From NCBI GenBank assembly GCA_946183085.1, contig CAMGZU010000003.1, positions 1 through 45,739 on the forward strand: a DNA stretch of 45,739 nucleotides, given 5' to 3'. Shown piece after piece: positions 25,983 through 36,573 of the stretch (positions are counted from its first letter, which is position 1; the number at the start of each line of letters is the position of its first letter). Under the pieces are notes generated by a model. The model searched no databases. It saw nothing but the letters and a program-made list of their open reading frames with translations, and was not told the origin of the DNA. Source of the DNA: an uncultured Erysipelotrichaceae bacterium (lineage in GTDB: Bacteria; Bacillota_I; Bacilli_A; RFN20; CAG-826). The position numbers were made by a program, and so were the translations under genes.

Positions 25983-27859
25983 AGTTTTCCATCCCTCCTA
26001 AGCGTCAATAAGAGAATCGAGATGTCGGCGGGGTTCACGCCCGGGATGCGGCTCGCCTGCGCGATGGTGCGCGGCTTGACGTCATTGAGTTTCTGCCTTG
26101 CCTCCAAACGGAGCCCGCTGACATTAAGATAATCGCAATCCAAGGGAAGCGATACATTCTCTTGTTTGATGAGCGAGGCGGCTTCGCGCTCTTCCTTCTT
26201 GATGTAGCCCTCGTATTTTACGCGGGTTTCTAGCGACAAAATGTCATCGTAAGAGAAGTGAAAACCTTGCAATTCCGGCATCAATTGAGCCAAGCGGCGA
26301 TAACTGACGTGCGGCCTTTTCAAGATGTCGAGGCCATGGTAGCCATAGCCATCATAGTCATAGCCAAGCTCGGCCAAATAGTTCTTTAACCCCTCTTTGT
26401 CAGAGACGATGGTCTTATCCATCAACTCAATGGCTTTGGCGATGTCATCGTATTTCTTCTTGTAGGCCGAATAACGTTCGTCGCTAACAAGGCCGATCTG
26501 ATGGCCATATTCGGTCAAACGCTCGTCGGCGTTGTCGTGGCGGAGAAGAAGGCGATATTCAGCACGTGACGACAATAAGCGATAAGGCTCATCGGTCCCT
26601 TTGGTGACCAAATCGTCAATCATGACGCCGATATAGGATTCGTTGCGTCTCAAGATGAAGGGTTCTTTGCCAAGGATCTTGTTGCTGGCATTGATGCCCG
26701 CCATTAAGCCGAGCGCCCCCGCTTCTTCGTAGCCTGAGGTTCCGCAGATCTGTCCCGCCCCATAAAGGCCTTCGTATTTCTTAACGCGAAGAGTCGCGTC
26801 GAATTGAAGCGGCTTGATGGCGTCGTATTCAATTTGATAGGCCCACTTAAGGATCTCGGCATGTTCCAGGCCAGGGAGCGAATGGACCATCTCCAATTGG
26901 ACTTCATGCGGCATTCCGCTCGAGAAGCCTTGAAGATAAATGGATTCCCCGTCTTCAAATTCGGGCTCTAAGAAAAGCTGATGCCTTTCTTTGTCGCTGA
27001 AGCGAACGACCTTGCTTTCGATGGCCGGGCAATAACGGGGTCCGATGCCCTGGATGGTGCCATCGAAGATCGCGGATTCGGCCAAATGCTCGCGGATGAT
27101 TTCAAGCGTCTTTGGGGTCGTATAAATGAGGTAACAAGGAAGCTGTTCGCTTAGGGGAGTGAACTTCGTCGTGCTATAGGAAAAGGCGAGCTCATCGTTG
27201 CTGCCTTCTTGGATGGTTCCCTTCGAAAAATCGATGGAGGATTTTTTGATGCGCGGTGGTGTTCCCGTCTTCAAACGGAAGATCTCCACGCCCATCTTTT
27301 GTAAGGATTCCGATAAGCCCGTTGATGCTTTTTCGCCATCTGGGCCACCCGTAAATACATCTTTTCCGGAGATAATTCGGGAATCCAAATAAGTGCCGGT
27401 CGTGATGATGACGGCCTTGGAAACGATGCTTCTTCCGCTTCTGCAGATGACGCCATAAACCTTGTTTTCGTCGTGGAGGAGATCAACGACTTCTTCCTCT
27501 TCGATCGTGAGGTTTGGAGTCGCCTCGAGTACGGATTGGACATAGGCGGGATAACCCGCTTTGTCTTGCTGCGTGCGAAGGCATTGGACGCCCGGGCCTT
27601 TGCCGGTATTGAGCATCTTCACTTGCAGAGGATGATGGTCCGCGGCGATGCCCATCAAGCCGCCGAGCGCGTCGATTTCACGGACGACGACGCCTTTGGC
27701 CGAACCGCCGATGTGCGGATTGCAGGGCATGTTGGCGATCATCTTCTTATTGAGCGTAAGCAAAAGAACCCGGAGCCCAAGTCTGGCTCCGGCATAGGAG
27801 GCCTCCACGCCGGCGTGGCCGCCTCCGACAACGATGATGTCGTATTCTTTCTCGCTCAT
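25979..27859 (-). CDS. mnmG: tRNA uridine-5-carboxymethylaminomethyl modification enzyme (GidA)
   Basis: VVGGGHAGVEA, MPCNPHIGG, LKTGTPPR, GPRYCPAIE, GQICGTSGYEEA, SRAEYRLLLRHDNAD. Confidence 0.98.
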   Translation of the reverse strand: MSEKEYDIIVVGGGHAGVEASYAGARLGLRVLLLTLNKKMIANMPCNPHIGGSAKGVVVREIDALGGLMGIAADHHPLQVKMLNTGKGPGVQCLRTQQDKAGYPAYVQSVLEATPNLTIEEEEVVDLLHDENKVYGVICRSGRSIVSKAVIITTGTYLDSRIISGKDVFTGGPDGEKASTGLSESLQKMGVEIFRLKTGTPPRIKKSSIDFSKGTIQEGSNDELAFSYSTTKFTPLSEQLPCYLIYTTPKTLEIIREHLAESAIFDGTIQGIGPRYCPAIESKVVRFSDKERHQLFLEPEFEDGESIYLQGFSSGMPHEVQLEMVHSLPGLEHAEILKWAYQIEYDAIKPLQFDATLRVKKYEGLYGAGQICGTSGYEEAGALGLMAGINASNKILGKEPFILRRNESYIGVMIDDLVTKGTDEPYRLLSSRAEYRLLLRHDNADERLTEYGHQIGLVSDERYSAYKKKYDDIAKAIELMDKTIVSDKEGLKNYLAELGYDYDGYGYHGLDILKRPHVSYRRLAQLMPELQGFHFSYDDILSLETRVKYEGYIKKEEREAASLIKQENVSLPLDCDYLNVSGLRLEARQKLNDVKPRTIAQASRIPGVNPADISILLLTLRRDGKL

Positions 27860-27874
27860 TTTGGCAGTTAAGGA

Positions 27875-29272
27875 CTAACCGACGGAGCCGGTCATGTCCA
27901 TTTTAATCAATTGGTTGAGCTCGACCGCGTATTCCATCGGAAGCTCTTTGGCGAAGGGTTCGATGAAGCCCATGACGATCATTTGCATGGCGTTTTCCCT
28001 CGAAATCCCTCTCGACATCAAATAGAAGAGCTGATCTTCGTTGATCTTCGAGACGGTCGCTTCGTGTTCGATATAGGAGTCCGCGTTGCGGATCTCGTTG
28101 GTCGGGATGGTGTCCGACTTGGAATATTCATCGAGGATCAAAGTATCGCATTCCACATGGGCTTTGGAGTTTGTCGCGCCCTTTTCCATGCGGACCGTGC
28201 CGCGGAAATTGGCGACGCCGCCATTGTGGACGACGGATTTGGAGATGATGGTCGAAGACGTGTCTTTGCCTTGGTGGATCATCCTCGCGCCCGAATCCTG
28301 GAATTGGCCTTTGTTGCCAACCGCGATCGTGATGACCGTTCCTTTGGAACGATCGCCATGGAGGATGCAGGCCGGATATTTCATGGTGATGGAGGAGCCG
28401 ATGTTGCCGTCGACCCATTCCATGAAGCCATCTTCTTCGACCCTCGCCCTCTGGGTGACGAGGTTCAAGATGTTGGTCGACCAGTTCTGGATGGTGGAAT
28501 AACGGACGTGCGCGCCCTTTAAGACGACGATTTCGACGACGCCGGTATGGAAGGATTCTTTGCTATAGATCGGCGCGGTGCAGCCTTCGACGTAATGGAT
28601 GTCCGCCCCTTCGTCGGCGATGATCAAGGTTCGCTCAAACTGACCGGTCTTTTCGTTGTTGATGCGGAAATAAGACTGCAAAGGTTTCTCCAAATGCACG
28701 CCTTTTGGCACGTAGATGAAGGAGCCGCCGCTCCAGCAAGCGGAGTTCAAGGCCGCGAATTTGTTGTCGGCGATTGGGATGACGGTCGCGAAGTATTTCT
28801 TGAAGATCTCCGGGAAAAGCTTCAAGCCCATGTCGGTCGAAAGGAAGATGACGCCTTTCTCGCGGACTTCCTCAAGCATGTTGTGGTAAACGACCTCGGA
28901 TTCGTACTGCGTCGAAACGCCAGAAAGGTATTTCTGCTCCGCTTCGGGGATGCCGAGGCGCTGGAAGGTGTTTTTGACGGTCTCAGGGACGTCTTCCCAT
29001 GAGGTCTTCTCCCCTTCCGTCATGCGGGTGAAGTAGGTATAGGAATTGAAATCCATGTCGATCTTCGGGCCAAAGTTAGGCATTGGCATCTTTTCGAAGA
29101 TATGGAAAGCCTTCAAACGGAATTCGAGCATCCACTCGGGCTCTTGTTTGTAAGATGAGATGGCGCGGATGACGTCTTCGGAGAGGCCGACGCCCGTTTT
29201 TAAAATGGACGTGTCGACGTCATGGAAGCCATATTTGTATTCTTCATCAAGGAACTTCTTATCCTCGCTCAT
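27875..29272 (-). CDS. sufB: Fe-S cluster assembly scaffold SufB
   Basis: [51 protein letters not shown]. Start at ATG 29272 (SD GGAGG). Confidence 0.98.
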   Translation of the reverse strand: MSEDKKFLDEEYKYGFHDVDTSILKTGVGLSEDVIRAISSYKQEPEWMLEFRLKAFHIFEKMPMPNFGPKIDMDFNSYTYFTRMTEGEKTSWEDVPETVKNTFQRLGIPEAEQKYLSGVSTQYESEVVYHNMLEEVREKGVIFLSTDMGLKLFPEIFKKYFATVIPIADNKFAALNSACWSGGSFIYVPKGVHLEKPLQSYFRINNEKTGQFERTLIIADEGADIHYVEGCTAPIYSKESFHTGVVEIVVLKGAHVRYSTIQNWSTNILNLVTQRARVEEDGFMEWVDGNIGSSITMKYPACILHGDRSKGTVITIAVGNKGQFQDSGARMIHQGKDTSSTIISKSVVHNGGVANFRGTVRMEKGATNSKAHVECDTLILDEYSKSDTIPTNEIRNADSYIEHEATVSKINEDQLFYLMSRGISRENAMQMIVMGFIEPFAKELPMEYAVELNQLIKMDMTGSVG

Positions 29273-29717
29273 GGCAGTGCCCCTCCTTGATGATGGATTC
29301 AAACGCGTCCCAACCAATGGTGGCGCAATGGATCCTCGCGGCTTGTTTGGACGTATTCATGAAGGCCAAAGCCTCTTCCAAAACGGAGGAGTCATAGGGC
29401 TCTTCGTGAATCATGTGGTGATATTGCTCAATGATGTAGAGGGCCTCTTCGTCTTTCTTGCCAAGCAAAAGGTCGCAGATGATGTCGGTCGAGGCGGTCG
29501 AGATCGCGCAGGCGGTCCCATCCCAAAGGGCATCGGTCACGACGCCATCTTTGCTCTTAAGGTAGACGTTGATGTCGTCAATGCAGTTCACGGAAGCGCT
29601 GTGGGTGGTCGAATAATCGGCCGCGTCCTTCGGGGTCATTTTGTGACGCGGCGAAGAATAGTGATCCATGATGATTTCCCTCATGATCTGAGGCGTTAAT
29701 TCAATTGAAGAAGGCAT
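29259..29717 (-). CDS. sufU: SUF sulfur-transfer protein SufU
   Basis: [29 protein letters not shown] (three Cys plus Asp). Confidence 0.93.
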   Translation of the reverse strand: MPSSIELTPQIMREIIMDHYSSPRHKMTPKDAADYSTTHSASVNCIDDINVYLKSKDGVVTDALWDGTACAISTASTDIICDLLLGKKDEEALYIIEQYHHMIHEEPYDSSVLEEALAFMNTSKQAARIHCATIGWDAFESIIKEGHCHERG

Positions 29718-30933
29718 CGAGATAATTCCCTCCGTTCTTTACGGCATCGGCTAAAGCGTCGATGTCGTCTTTGGTCGTATAGAAATAGAAGCTGGCGCGG
29801 ATGGTGGCCGGCGTCTTCAAGAAATCATTGAGGATTTTGGCGCAGTGCTGGCCCGAGCGGCAGGCGATGCCGCGCGAATTGAGGTAGGTCGCGCCATCTT
29901 GAGCGAAAACATCCTTGATGTTAAAGGTCACGATGCCCGCTTCGCTTTTCGCGTTATAGATGATGGCGTTGCCGGTCTCTTCGAGCTTTTTGACCGCATA
30001 GGCTTTGAGTTCTTCTTCGTATTTGTTGATTTCCTCAAGGCCGATGGATTGGAGATACTCAATGGCCGCGCGAAGGCCGATGATGCCGGCAAGATGCTGG
30101 GTTCCAGCTTCAAAACGTGCCGGAGGTTCCAAGAAAGTGGCCTCGCCGCACATGTTGAATTTGTCGTTCATGCCACCGCCGCTCATATAAGGCTGGGTCT
30201 CTTCGAGGCGGCTATATTTGCCATAAAGGACGCCAATGCCGGTTGGGCCGCACATCTTGTGGCCGCTGAAGACCAAGAAATCGACATCGAGGTCTTTGAC
30301 GTCGATCTTCATATGGGGAACGGATTGCGCCCCATCCATCACGAAGATCGCGCCGTGCTCATGGGCGACTTTGGCGAGTTCTTTGATTGGAGCAATGTAG
30401 CCCAAAACGTTGGTGACGTGGGCGCAGGCGACGATTTTGGTTTTGTTTGAGATGGCGGCTTTGAGGTTTTCCACCGAAACGCGTCCCTCTTCGGTGAGCG
30501 GGACGAATTTGACGACGGCGCCCGTCACTTTGGCGGCTTTATACCATGGCAAGACGTTAGAGGCGTGCTCGGCTTCGTTTAAAAGGATCTCATCGCCTTT
30601 TTTGAGGTGTTCCATCGCCCAGCCAAAGGAAATGAGGTTCACCCCTTCGGTGGTGCCGGAGGTAAAAACGACCTCCTCAGGCTTGCAGTGGATGAGATTC
30701 GCCACCGCTTTGCGGGTCTTCATGACCTCTTGGTCCATTTGGTAGCAAAGATCATAGTCGCCACGGTGGGAATTGGAGGTCTCTTTCTTGTAATAACGCT
30801 CGATCGCCTCAATGACGCAGTCTGGCTTAAAGGTGGTCGAGGCGTTGTCGAGCCAGATGAGGGGCTTGCCCTGCATCTCGACGTGATCCCGATACATCGG
30901 GAAGTCTTTGCGAATCAAAAGTGGGTCAATCAT
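29701..30933 (-). CDS. sufS: Cysteine desulfurase SufS
   Basis: WLDNASTT, FSGHKMCGPTG, FEAGT, RSGQHCA, RASFYFY. Confidence 0.97.
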   Translation of the reverse strand: MIDPLLIRKDFPMYRDHVEMQGKPLIWLDNASTTFKPDCVIEAIERYYKKETSNSHRGDYDLCYQMDQEVMKTRKAVANLIHCKPEEVVFTSGTTEGVNLISFGWAMEHLKKGDEILLNEAEHASNVLPWYKAAKVTGAVVKFVPLTEEGRVSVENLKAAISNKTKIVACAHVTNVLGYIAPIKELAKVAHEHGAIFVMDGAQSVPHMKIDVKDLDVDFLVFSGHKMCGPTGIGVLYGKYSRLEETQPYMSGGGMNDKFNMCGEATFLEPPARFEAGTQHLAGIIGLRAAIEYLQSIGLEEINKYEEELKAYAVKKLEETGNAIIYNAKSEAGIVTFNIKDVFAQDGATYLNSRGIACRSGQHCAKILNDFLKTPATIRASFYFYTTKDDIDALADAVKNGGNYLDAFFN

Positions 30934-30934
30934 C

Positions 30935-31612
30935 TTAAATGCCTCCTTCGATCGCTTCGTCGATCTTCTTGCGGACGTCTTCGGAGACGAAGTATTGCTC
31001 GACCGGCTTCAAATAGCCAAGCGTGATCAAGCGCTTGGCGCTTTCTTCGTCGATGCCGCGGCTTAGCATATAGAAAAGATGCTCGTCGTTTAACTTGCCG
31101 ACAACCGCCGCATGGCTCGCGACGACGTCGTTTTCGTCAATGTTAAGGATCGGCTGGCATTTGCCATCGCATTCGGGGTCGAAGACGATGATTTTCGCCG
31201 CCTGATGCGTCTCGGACGAGCGGGCGTACTTCTTGATTTCGCTGACGCCGCTGAACGTTAAGCGCGACGCATCGCGGGTGATGCCATAATTCGACATCAA
31301 ACCCGAGGTATGGGGAGCCTCGTGATAAACGGAGGTCTCGTAAACTTTTTTGGAGTCGCCTTTGGTGAGGACGGCGCTATGGACTTCGGCGCTCGAACCC
31401 TCGCCTTTTAGGTGAACGTTCAAAATAAATTTCCCTTCGCCGGAAGCAAAGTCTGCCACCGCGCCGAGGAAGTGGGCGTCACGCTCAACATCCACGTCGA
31501 TTTCGAAGGTGGAAAAGACATCGAAAAGCGCAAGGTTCAACGTCAGCGATTCGCCTTCTTTGACCAAGTAGCTTGCTTTGCGTTCTTTTGGATCAACAAG
31601 AGTGATGTCCAT
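30935..31612 (-). CDS. sufD: SufD family protein, short
   Basis: PILNIDENDVVASHAAVVG, LFYMLSRGI, AKRLITLGY. Position in sufCDSUB. Confidence 0.92.
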   Translation of the reverse strand: MDITLVDPKERKASYLVKEGESLTLNLALFDVFSTFEIDVDVERDAHFLGAVADFASGEGKFILNVHLKGEGSSAEVHSAVLTKGDSKKVYETSVYHEAPHTSGLMSNYGITRDASRLTFSGVSEIKKYARSSETHQAAKIIVFDPECDGKCQPILNIDENDVVASHAAVVGKLNDEHLFYMLSRGIDEESAKRLITLGYLKPVEQYFVSEDVRKKIDEAIEGGI

Positions 31613-31617
31613 TGTCC

Positions 31618-32442
31618 TTATTTATCCTTCGTGGCTTCGCGGGTCGCGCAGACGCCAATCGAAACCTTGTTCATCGGCTGTTCTTCTTTTTCGATGGAAA
31701 TACCGAGTTCATCGCGAATCCATTCGTATCCTTGGGTATCGATCTTCTGGATGAGTTCGGGCCCGCCGTTGACCGCGATGCGGCCATTGACCATGACGGC
31801 GGCCCTCGTCGGGTGGATCATGTCATAAAGCCTGGCATAGTGGCTGACGACCAAGAAGCCGCGTCCTTTTTCCTGTTCCTCGCCGATGGCTTTGGCGACG
31901 ACTTGCATCGCGTCCACGTCAAGGCCGGAATCGATCTCGTCTAAGAGGGCGAATTTCGGTTCCAAAAGCTTCATCTGCAGGATTTCGTTGCGCTTCTTTT
32001 CGCCGCCGGAAAAGCCTTCGTTCAAATTACGGTTGCTCATCTCAAAGGGGATGTGCATCTCTTTGTAGGCGCCCTGGAGCTTGGAATAGAACTGGAAGAG
32101 CGACATCGGCTTTTCGCGGTGGGCGTTCATCGCCGCTTTCATGAAGTCGGCGGAGTTGACGCCAGGGATTTCGCTGGGATATTGCATCGCGAGGAAAATG
32201 CCTGCCTTGCTCCTCTCATCGACCGGCAAGGCAAGGACGTCGATGTCATCTAAAAAGATGCTGCCTTCGGTGACGGTGTAGTTCGGGTTGCCCATGATGG
32301 CGGCCAACAAAGTGGATTTGCCATGGCCATTCGGGCCAAGAAGAGCGAGGGTCTCGCCTTCGTTGACGGTTAAGGTTACGCCCTTCAGGATCTCGACGTC
32401 TTTGACGGAGACGTGAAGGTTTTCGATTTTCAGAGTCGACAT
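31618..32442 (-). CDS. sufC: Fe-S cluster assembly ATPase SufC
   Basis: GPNGHGKSTL, FLAMQYPSEIPGV, FSGGEKKRNE, LDEIDSGLD. Start at ATG 32442 (SD GGAGG); promoter TTGTTT-17-TAGAAT at 32495-32467. Confidence 0.97.
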   Translation of the reverse strand: MSTLKIENLHVSVKDVEILKGVTLTVNEGETLALLGPNGHGKSTLLAAIMGNPNYTVTEGSIFLDDIDVLALPVDERSKAGIFLAMQYPSEIPGVNSADFMKAAMNAHREKPMSLFQFYSKLQGAYKEMHIPFEMSNRNLNEGFSGGEKKRNEILQMKLLEPKFALLDEIDSGLDVDAMQVVAKAIGEEQEKGRGFLVVSHYARLYDMIHPTRAAVMVNGRIAVNGGPELIQKIDTQGYEWIRDELGISIEKEEQPMNKVSIGVCATREATKDK

Positions 32443-32602
32443 GAAGATGACCTCCAAAGCGGAATAATTCTAAACACCTAAGGGTGAGCAAACAATGAAA
32501 TCGATAAGAGAATTGACATCTTTTCCACCCATCCGGCCAAAACTGGCGAAATTTGGGCCCGCCTCCACGCTTTTCTAAAAGAAAAAGTCGGAAAATTCCT
32601 TG

Positions 32603-32631
32603 TTGTAACGATATTCCTAAAAGAATATCAT
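32603..32631 (+). promoter_or_regulatory. Sigma-A type promoter for the lipoprotein pair
   Basis: TTGTAA-17-TATCAT, with inverted repeat GATATTC-N6-GAATATC across the spacer. Confidence 0.55.
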
Positions 32632-32670
32632 TATCACGCTATGTCTAAAGACAAGGAGGAACGAGTCCTG

Positions 32671-34779
32671 ATGAAAAAAGCAAAACTTGCCCTCGGACTC
32701 TCGGCGGTAGCGGTCATGGCCTTAGGCCTGAGCGCTTGCAATGAGGTTACCGCCAAAGAGGGCGTGGTTCTCACTTATACGGACGCTAGCGGCAATCGTA
32801 TCGAATATACGGCCAACGACCTTCTCGGAACCTATGCTTACGGCAACACCGCCGCGAGCACTTCGTTCGACAAGGTTTATGAACTTTTGATCCGCAACTA
32901 CTACAAGAGCGCCTCGAACGATGTGAAATCCAGCATCAACACCGATGCTCAGAAGAAAGTCGACGCCATTCTCGAAAACGCCGCGAAGAACGCGAGCTCG
33001 AATGGCACCACTTACGAAGAGGAGCTTGAGAAGCTTCTCGATTCCAACAACGTCGAAAACGTCGACGAACTCTTTGAAGCCAAAGTCTATGAGGTCGAGA
33101 AGAGCCGCTACGAAGACGACTACTACAGCGACGCCAACCTCGAGGCGATGCGCGATGGCCAAGACGCGAAGGGCAACCCCTTCTTCCCCGACGTGGATGA
33201 TCCCACCCAGGCCGATGACGAAGGTTATTTGGTCGAACGCGCGCCTTACCACGTTTCACACATCCTCGTGAAACTCGATGCCGACAGCGATCTCACCCAA
33301 GGCAAGATCAGCGCCGCCGACGCCAAACAGATCGGCTACGTCATCCGCGCCCTCGCCGGCGTCAATGACAACGGCACCGCCCAAAGCGAAGAGAGCGAAC
33401 GCGACTCCTTCGGCGCCATCGCCAACCGTTTGAGCGATGACGGCTCGGCCGACAGCTATGGCGAACTCGGCATCGTCGACACCAACACCGTCTTCGAACA
33501 ATACGTTCAGGAATTCGGTCTTGGCATGTATGCCTATGACGCCATCTACAACAAGCAGACCTCGGAATACCGCGATCAGCATAAGACCAAGCTCTTGCCG
33601 GATAGCGACGTCACGTTTGGCGATCATGACGAAGCCGTCTTGGATTACTTCAAGAACCTCGGCATCGGCACCATCCCCTTCGGCGCTGCCGAAGCCCTTC
33701 TCACCACCGCGGAGATCACCGACAACAACGGCCGCTCCGTCAACGGCGGCAGCGAGGTCTTCTATCCGCGCAACATCATCTTCAACAAGTACTTCAACAA
33801 GCACAACATCGCCGTCATCACCCCGAACGAGATCCCTTATAACCTCTATAAGGACGATGCCGAGAACGTCATGAAGGAGGTCGAATTCGTTTATAACTAC
33901 GGCGGAATCTCCCTTTATGGCGTCAGCAAAGGCAACTTCGGCTACGACGACGAAGGCACCCCCAGCGCCACCTATGCCGCTTATCCTGGCTTCCAGAAAG
34001 ACACCACTGGCATCTTCGATAACGCCAGCACTGCCCAAGGCCGTTTGGCGGCTGGTCAAAACGTCTTGACCGACAAGAGCGGCCGCGTGATCCTCGTCAC
34101 CCGCGCCGGCGGCGATTCCTACCAGGGCCTCCACTTCATCATCATCGACCGTTCGGCTTTGGACCTCCATGGCTCCTCTGCCGAAAGCGGCAAAGCGATG
34201 ATGGAGCGCAGCACCTCTTCAAAAGGCGATAGCGGCTACACCGCCAACTACGCCGAACTCGAAGACTACTACACCATCTACAAGCCACAGGAAGCCAAAT
34301 ATCCTTCCTATAGCGCAGATGGCACCACCGATGCCCTCCTCACCTACAACAACTTCCTCTCGGTCGACCCGACCAACCAGGAAAAGCGTCGCCAGACGGT
34401 CCGTGAGAACATCACCACCTACAACAAGAACATCGATACCTACATCTTCCAGTCCCTCGTCTCCGAGCAGAAACTCGAATACAAGCAGGATTGGGTCAAA
34501 GACCTCATCAATTCCTACATCTCCGCGAAGCGCGATGGCACCAAGCGCGATACCCAGGAATCGTTTGAGAAGAAATGGACCACCTACGCGGAGAACCTCT
34601 CCTTGGAGCAGACCCTCCGTTATGGCCTTGACACCACCGGCGCCGTCGACTACGAAAACGACAACGGCTATGGCTATTTGATCAGCGAATTCGCGGCGAT
34701 CGGCTACGAGACCAGCTTCTCGACCAAGACCGCCTCGGGTGAACTTTATGGACGTGGAGGACCGTTCGGTACGAAGTAA
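32671..34779 (+). CDS. Very large PrsA-like parvulin foldase lipoprotein (702 aa)
   Basis: SD AAGGAGG, lipobox LSAC, parvulin motifs YHVSHILVK, FGAIANRLSDDGSADSYGELG, QEFG and YQGLHFIII. Neighbours hit and yhaM as prsA does in Bacillus. Confidence 0.7.
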   Translation: MKKAKLALGLSAVAVMALGLSACNEVTAKEGVVLTYTDASGNRIEYTANDLLGTYAYGNTAASTSFDKVYELLIRNYYKSASNDVKSSINTDAQKKVDAILENAAKNASSNGTTYEEELEKLLDSNNVENVDELFEAKVYEVEKSRYEDDYYSDANLEAMRDGQDAKGNPFFPDVDDPTQADDEGYLVERAPYHVSHILVKLDADSDLTQGKISAADAKQIGYVIRALAGVNDNGTAQSEESERDSFGAIANRLSDDGSADSYGELGIVDTNTVFEQYVQEFGLGMYAYDAIYNKQTSEYRDQHKTKLLPDSDVTFGDHDEAVLDYFKNLGIGTIPFGAAEALLTTAEITDNNGRSVNGGSEVFYPRNIIFNKYFNKHNIAVITPNEIPYNLYKDDAENVMKEVEFVYNYGGISLYGVSKGNFGYDDEGTPSATYAAYPGFQKDTTGIFDNASTAQGRLAAGQNVLTDKSGRVILVTRAGGDSYQGLHFIIIDRSALDLHGSSAESGKAMMERSTSSKGDSGYTANYAELEDYYTIYKPQEAKYPSYSADGTTDALLTYNNFLSVDPTNQEKRRQTVRENITTYNKNIDTYIFQSLVSEQKLEYKQDWVKDLINSYISAKRDGTKRDTQESFEKKWTTYAENLSLEQTLRYGLDTTGAVDYENDNGYGYLISEFAAIGYETSFSTKTASGELYGRGGPFGTK

Positions 34780-34780
34780 T

Positions 34781-36556
34781 ATGAAAAAGAAACTTTTACT
34801 TGGATTATCCCTCGTCGCCTCCCTCGCCTCCTTGGCGGGCTGCGACAGCATCGAAGCCAAACTCAAGGACTCCGACTACAAGGACACCATCCTCAAAAAC
34901 AGCGACGGATCCGACCCCAAGATCGTCAATAACGAACAAGGCAAGATCTACGACGCCCTCATCAGCGCCGGCTCGACCAATTCCGAGAAGGTCTTAAAGA
35001 ACATCCTTCTTCTCATCGCCAACAACAAGTTCGGCACCTTCTATAAGGAAGGCGACGTCGACGGCATCCGCGAGGTCGTCGCCAAGGGCGGCAGCGCCCT
35101 CACCGCTTTTGCGGAAGCCCATAAGGACGTCTATCCTAACGGCGCCTCGGACGTGACCAGGCTCCACAACTTCATCTTGGAGCGCATCAACCGCACCTTC
35201 CTCTCGGCCACCGCCAACGCCTCCTATGCGGAGAACAACAAGTTCTTCGAGGAGAAGTTCTACAAGGCCCAGCAGGAAAACCTCTACGAGCTCGGTGAGA
35301 TCGCCGATACCGATTTCAAGGGCATCGAAAACGGCAAGTCCGTCGGCGTTCAGACCATCGCCTCCATCGCCTATAACGAAGAGAACGGCTTTGGCAGCGA
35401 CATCGTGAAGAACTACTTCAACGACGACTACCTCGACATCTACAAGGACTACATCGAGAAGACCATCCTCGAGGACATGATGCGCCGCGAATTGGTCCAC
35501 CGTTACATCCTTAATAACAACTACGTCGCGCTCGGCCGCTCCGCAGCGCGTAAGGTGCAGTATGTTACTTTGGAAGACAACGCCGACTATCCCAACGCCA
35601 CCCAGTCCCTCATGGCGGCCTATTCCCGCATCGTCTTGGCCAACAAGGTCTCCAACGAAACCTTGGCCTTGAATGCGGAAGAAAAGGCGGCAATCGCGGA
35701 ATACTACGCGACCGACTACAAGGACCTCAACTTCTTGGGCGACCTCTACAAAGGCCTCTTCGATAGCTCCCTCTCCGCGAACCTCTTAAGCGCGGCCCGC
35801 AAGGTTTATACCCTCGCCGGCTTCACCGAGATCGCGCCCAGCCGCTATCCGAGCGACTTCAACTATTCCTCCCTCGTCTACGAGCAGACCACCTATGGCG
35901 GCTACATCCGCAGCTACGAGAAGATCTACGACGCCACCAACGGCTTCAAGGATCGCTACACCATCGATTCCTCCGTTTGGAGCGAGTTCACCGGCTCGAA
36001 CGCCCACTCGCCGCAGACTGGCATGAAGTTCAAGGTTCAGTCCTTGATCCCCGTCGATAAGACCTCCGAAGGGTGGTACACCGACGCGAACTTGGGCACC
36101 TATAGCTCCACCTACAAGACCCGCCTCTTCAAGAACACCGTCGCCTCCGACGTCGTCGCCGGGACCACGGGCAACGCTGCGAAGAACTATGGCTGGTACG
36201 TCGATGGCTCCTACTACTTGACCCGTGAGACCTACGAGAACACCTCGCCGAACGCGGAAGCCTCTTCCTACGATCCGACCCCATATTTGATCAAGGACGG
36301 CTCCAACTGGTACATCACCCGCGTCGATGAGGCCATCAAGAACTCGAAGATGCGCGAATCTTCCTCCGACTACTATGGCAAGGATTCCGCCATCCTCCGG
36401 GAAATCGAGACCGAAATCGGCTACATGCTCTCGGACAACTCCTCCTACGAGAAGAACGCCAACCAGCATTACGTCGAGCAAGCCGCGATCTCCTTCCACG
36501 ATCAGGCCATCTACGACTACTTCAAGACCACCTTCCCCGATCTTTTCGAAGATTAA
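34781..36556 (+). CDS. Large lipoprotein, probable degenerate PrsA-like paralog (591 aa)
   Basis: Lipobox LAGC. RKVQYVTL, NWYITRVDE and C-terminal ISFHDQAIYDY resemble PrsA elements without the catalytic His residues. Confidence 0.55.
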   Translation: MKKKLLLGLSLVASLASLAGCDSIEAKLKDSDYKDTILKNSDGSDPKIVNNEQGKIYDALISAGSTNSEKVLKNILLLIANNKFGTFYKEGDVDGIREVVAKGGSALTAFAEAHKDVYPNGASDVTRLHNFILERINRTFLSATANASYAENNKFFEEKFYKAQQENLYELGEIADTDFKGIENGKSVGVQTIASIAYNEENGFGSDIVKNYFNDDYLDIYKDYIEKTILEDMMRRELVHRYILNNNYVALGRSAARKVQYVTLEDNADYPNATQSLMAAYSRIVLANKVSNETLALNAEEKAAIAEYYATDYKDLNFLGDLYKGLFDSSLSANLLSAARKVYTLAGFTEIAPSRYPSDFNYSSLVYEQTTYGGYIRSYEKIYDATNGFKDRYTIDSSVWSEFTGSNAHSPQTGMKFKVQSLIPVDKTSEGWYTDANLGTYSSTYKTRLFKNTVASDVVAGTTGNAAKNYGWYVDGSYYLTRETYENTSPNAEASSYDPTPYLIKDGSNWYITRVDEAIKNSKMRESSSDYYGKDSAILREIETEIGYMLSDNSSYEKNANQHYVEQAAISFHDQAIYDYFKTTFPDLFED

Positions 36557-36573
36557 GGAAAAACGTCTATAAT

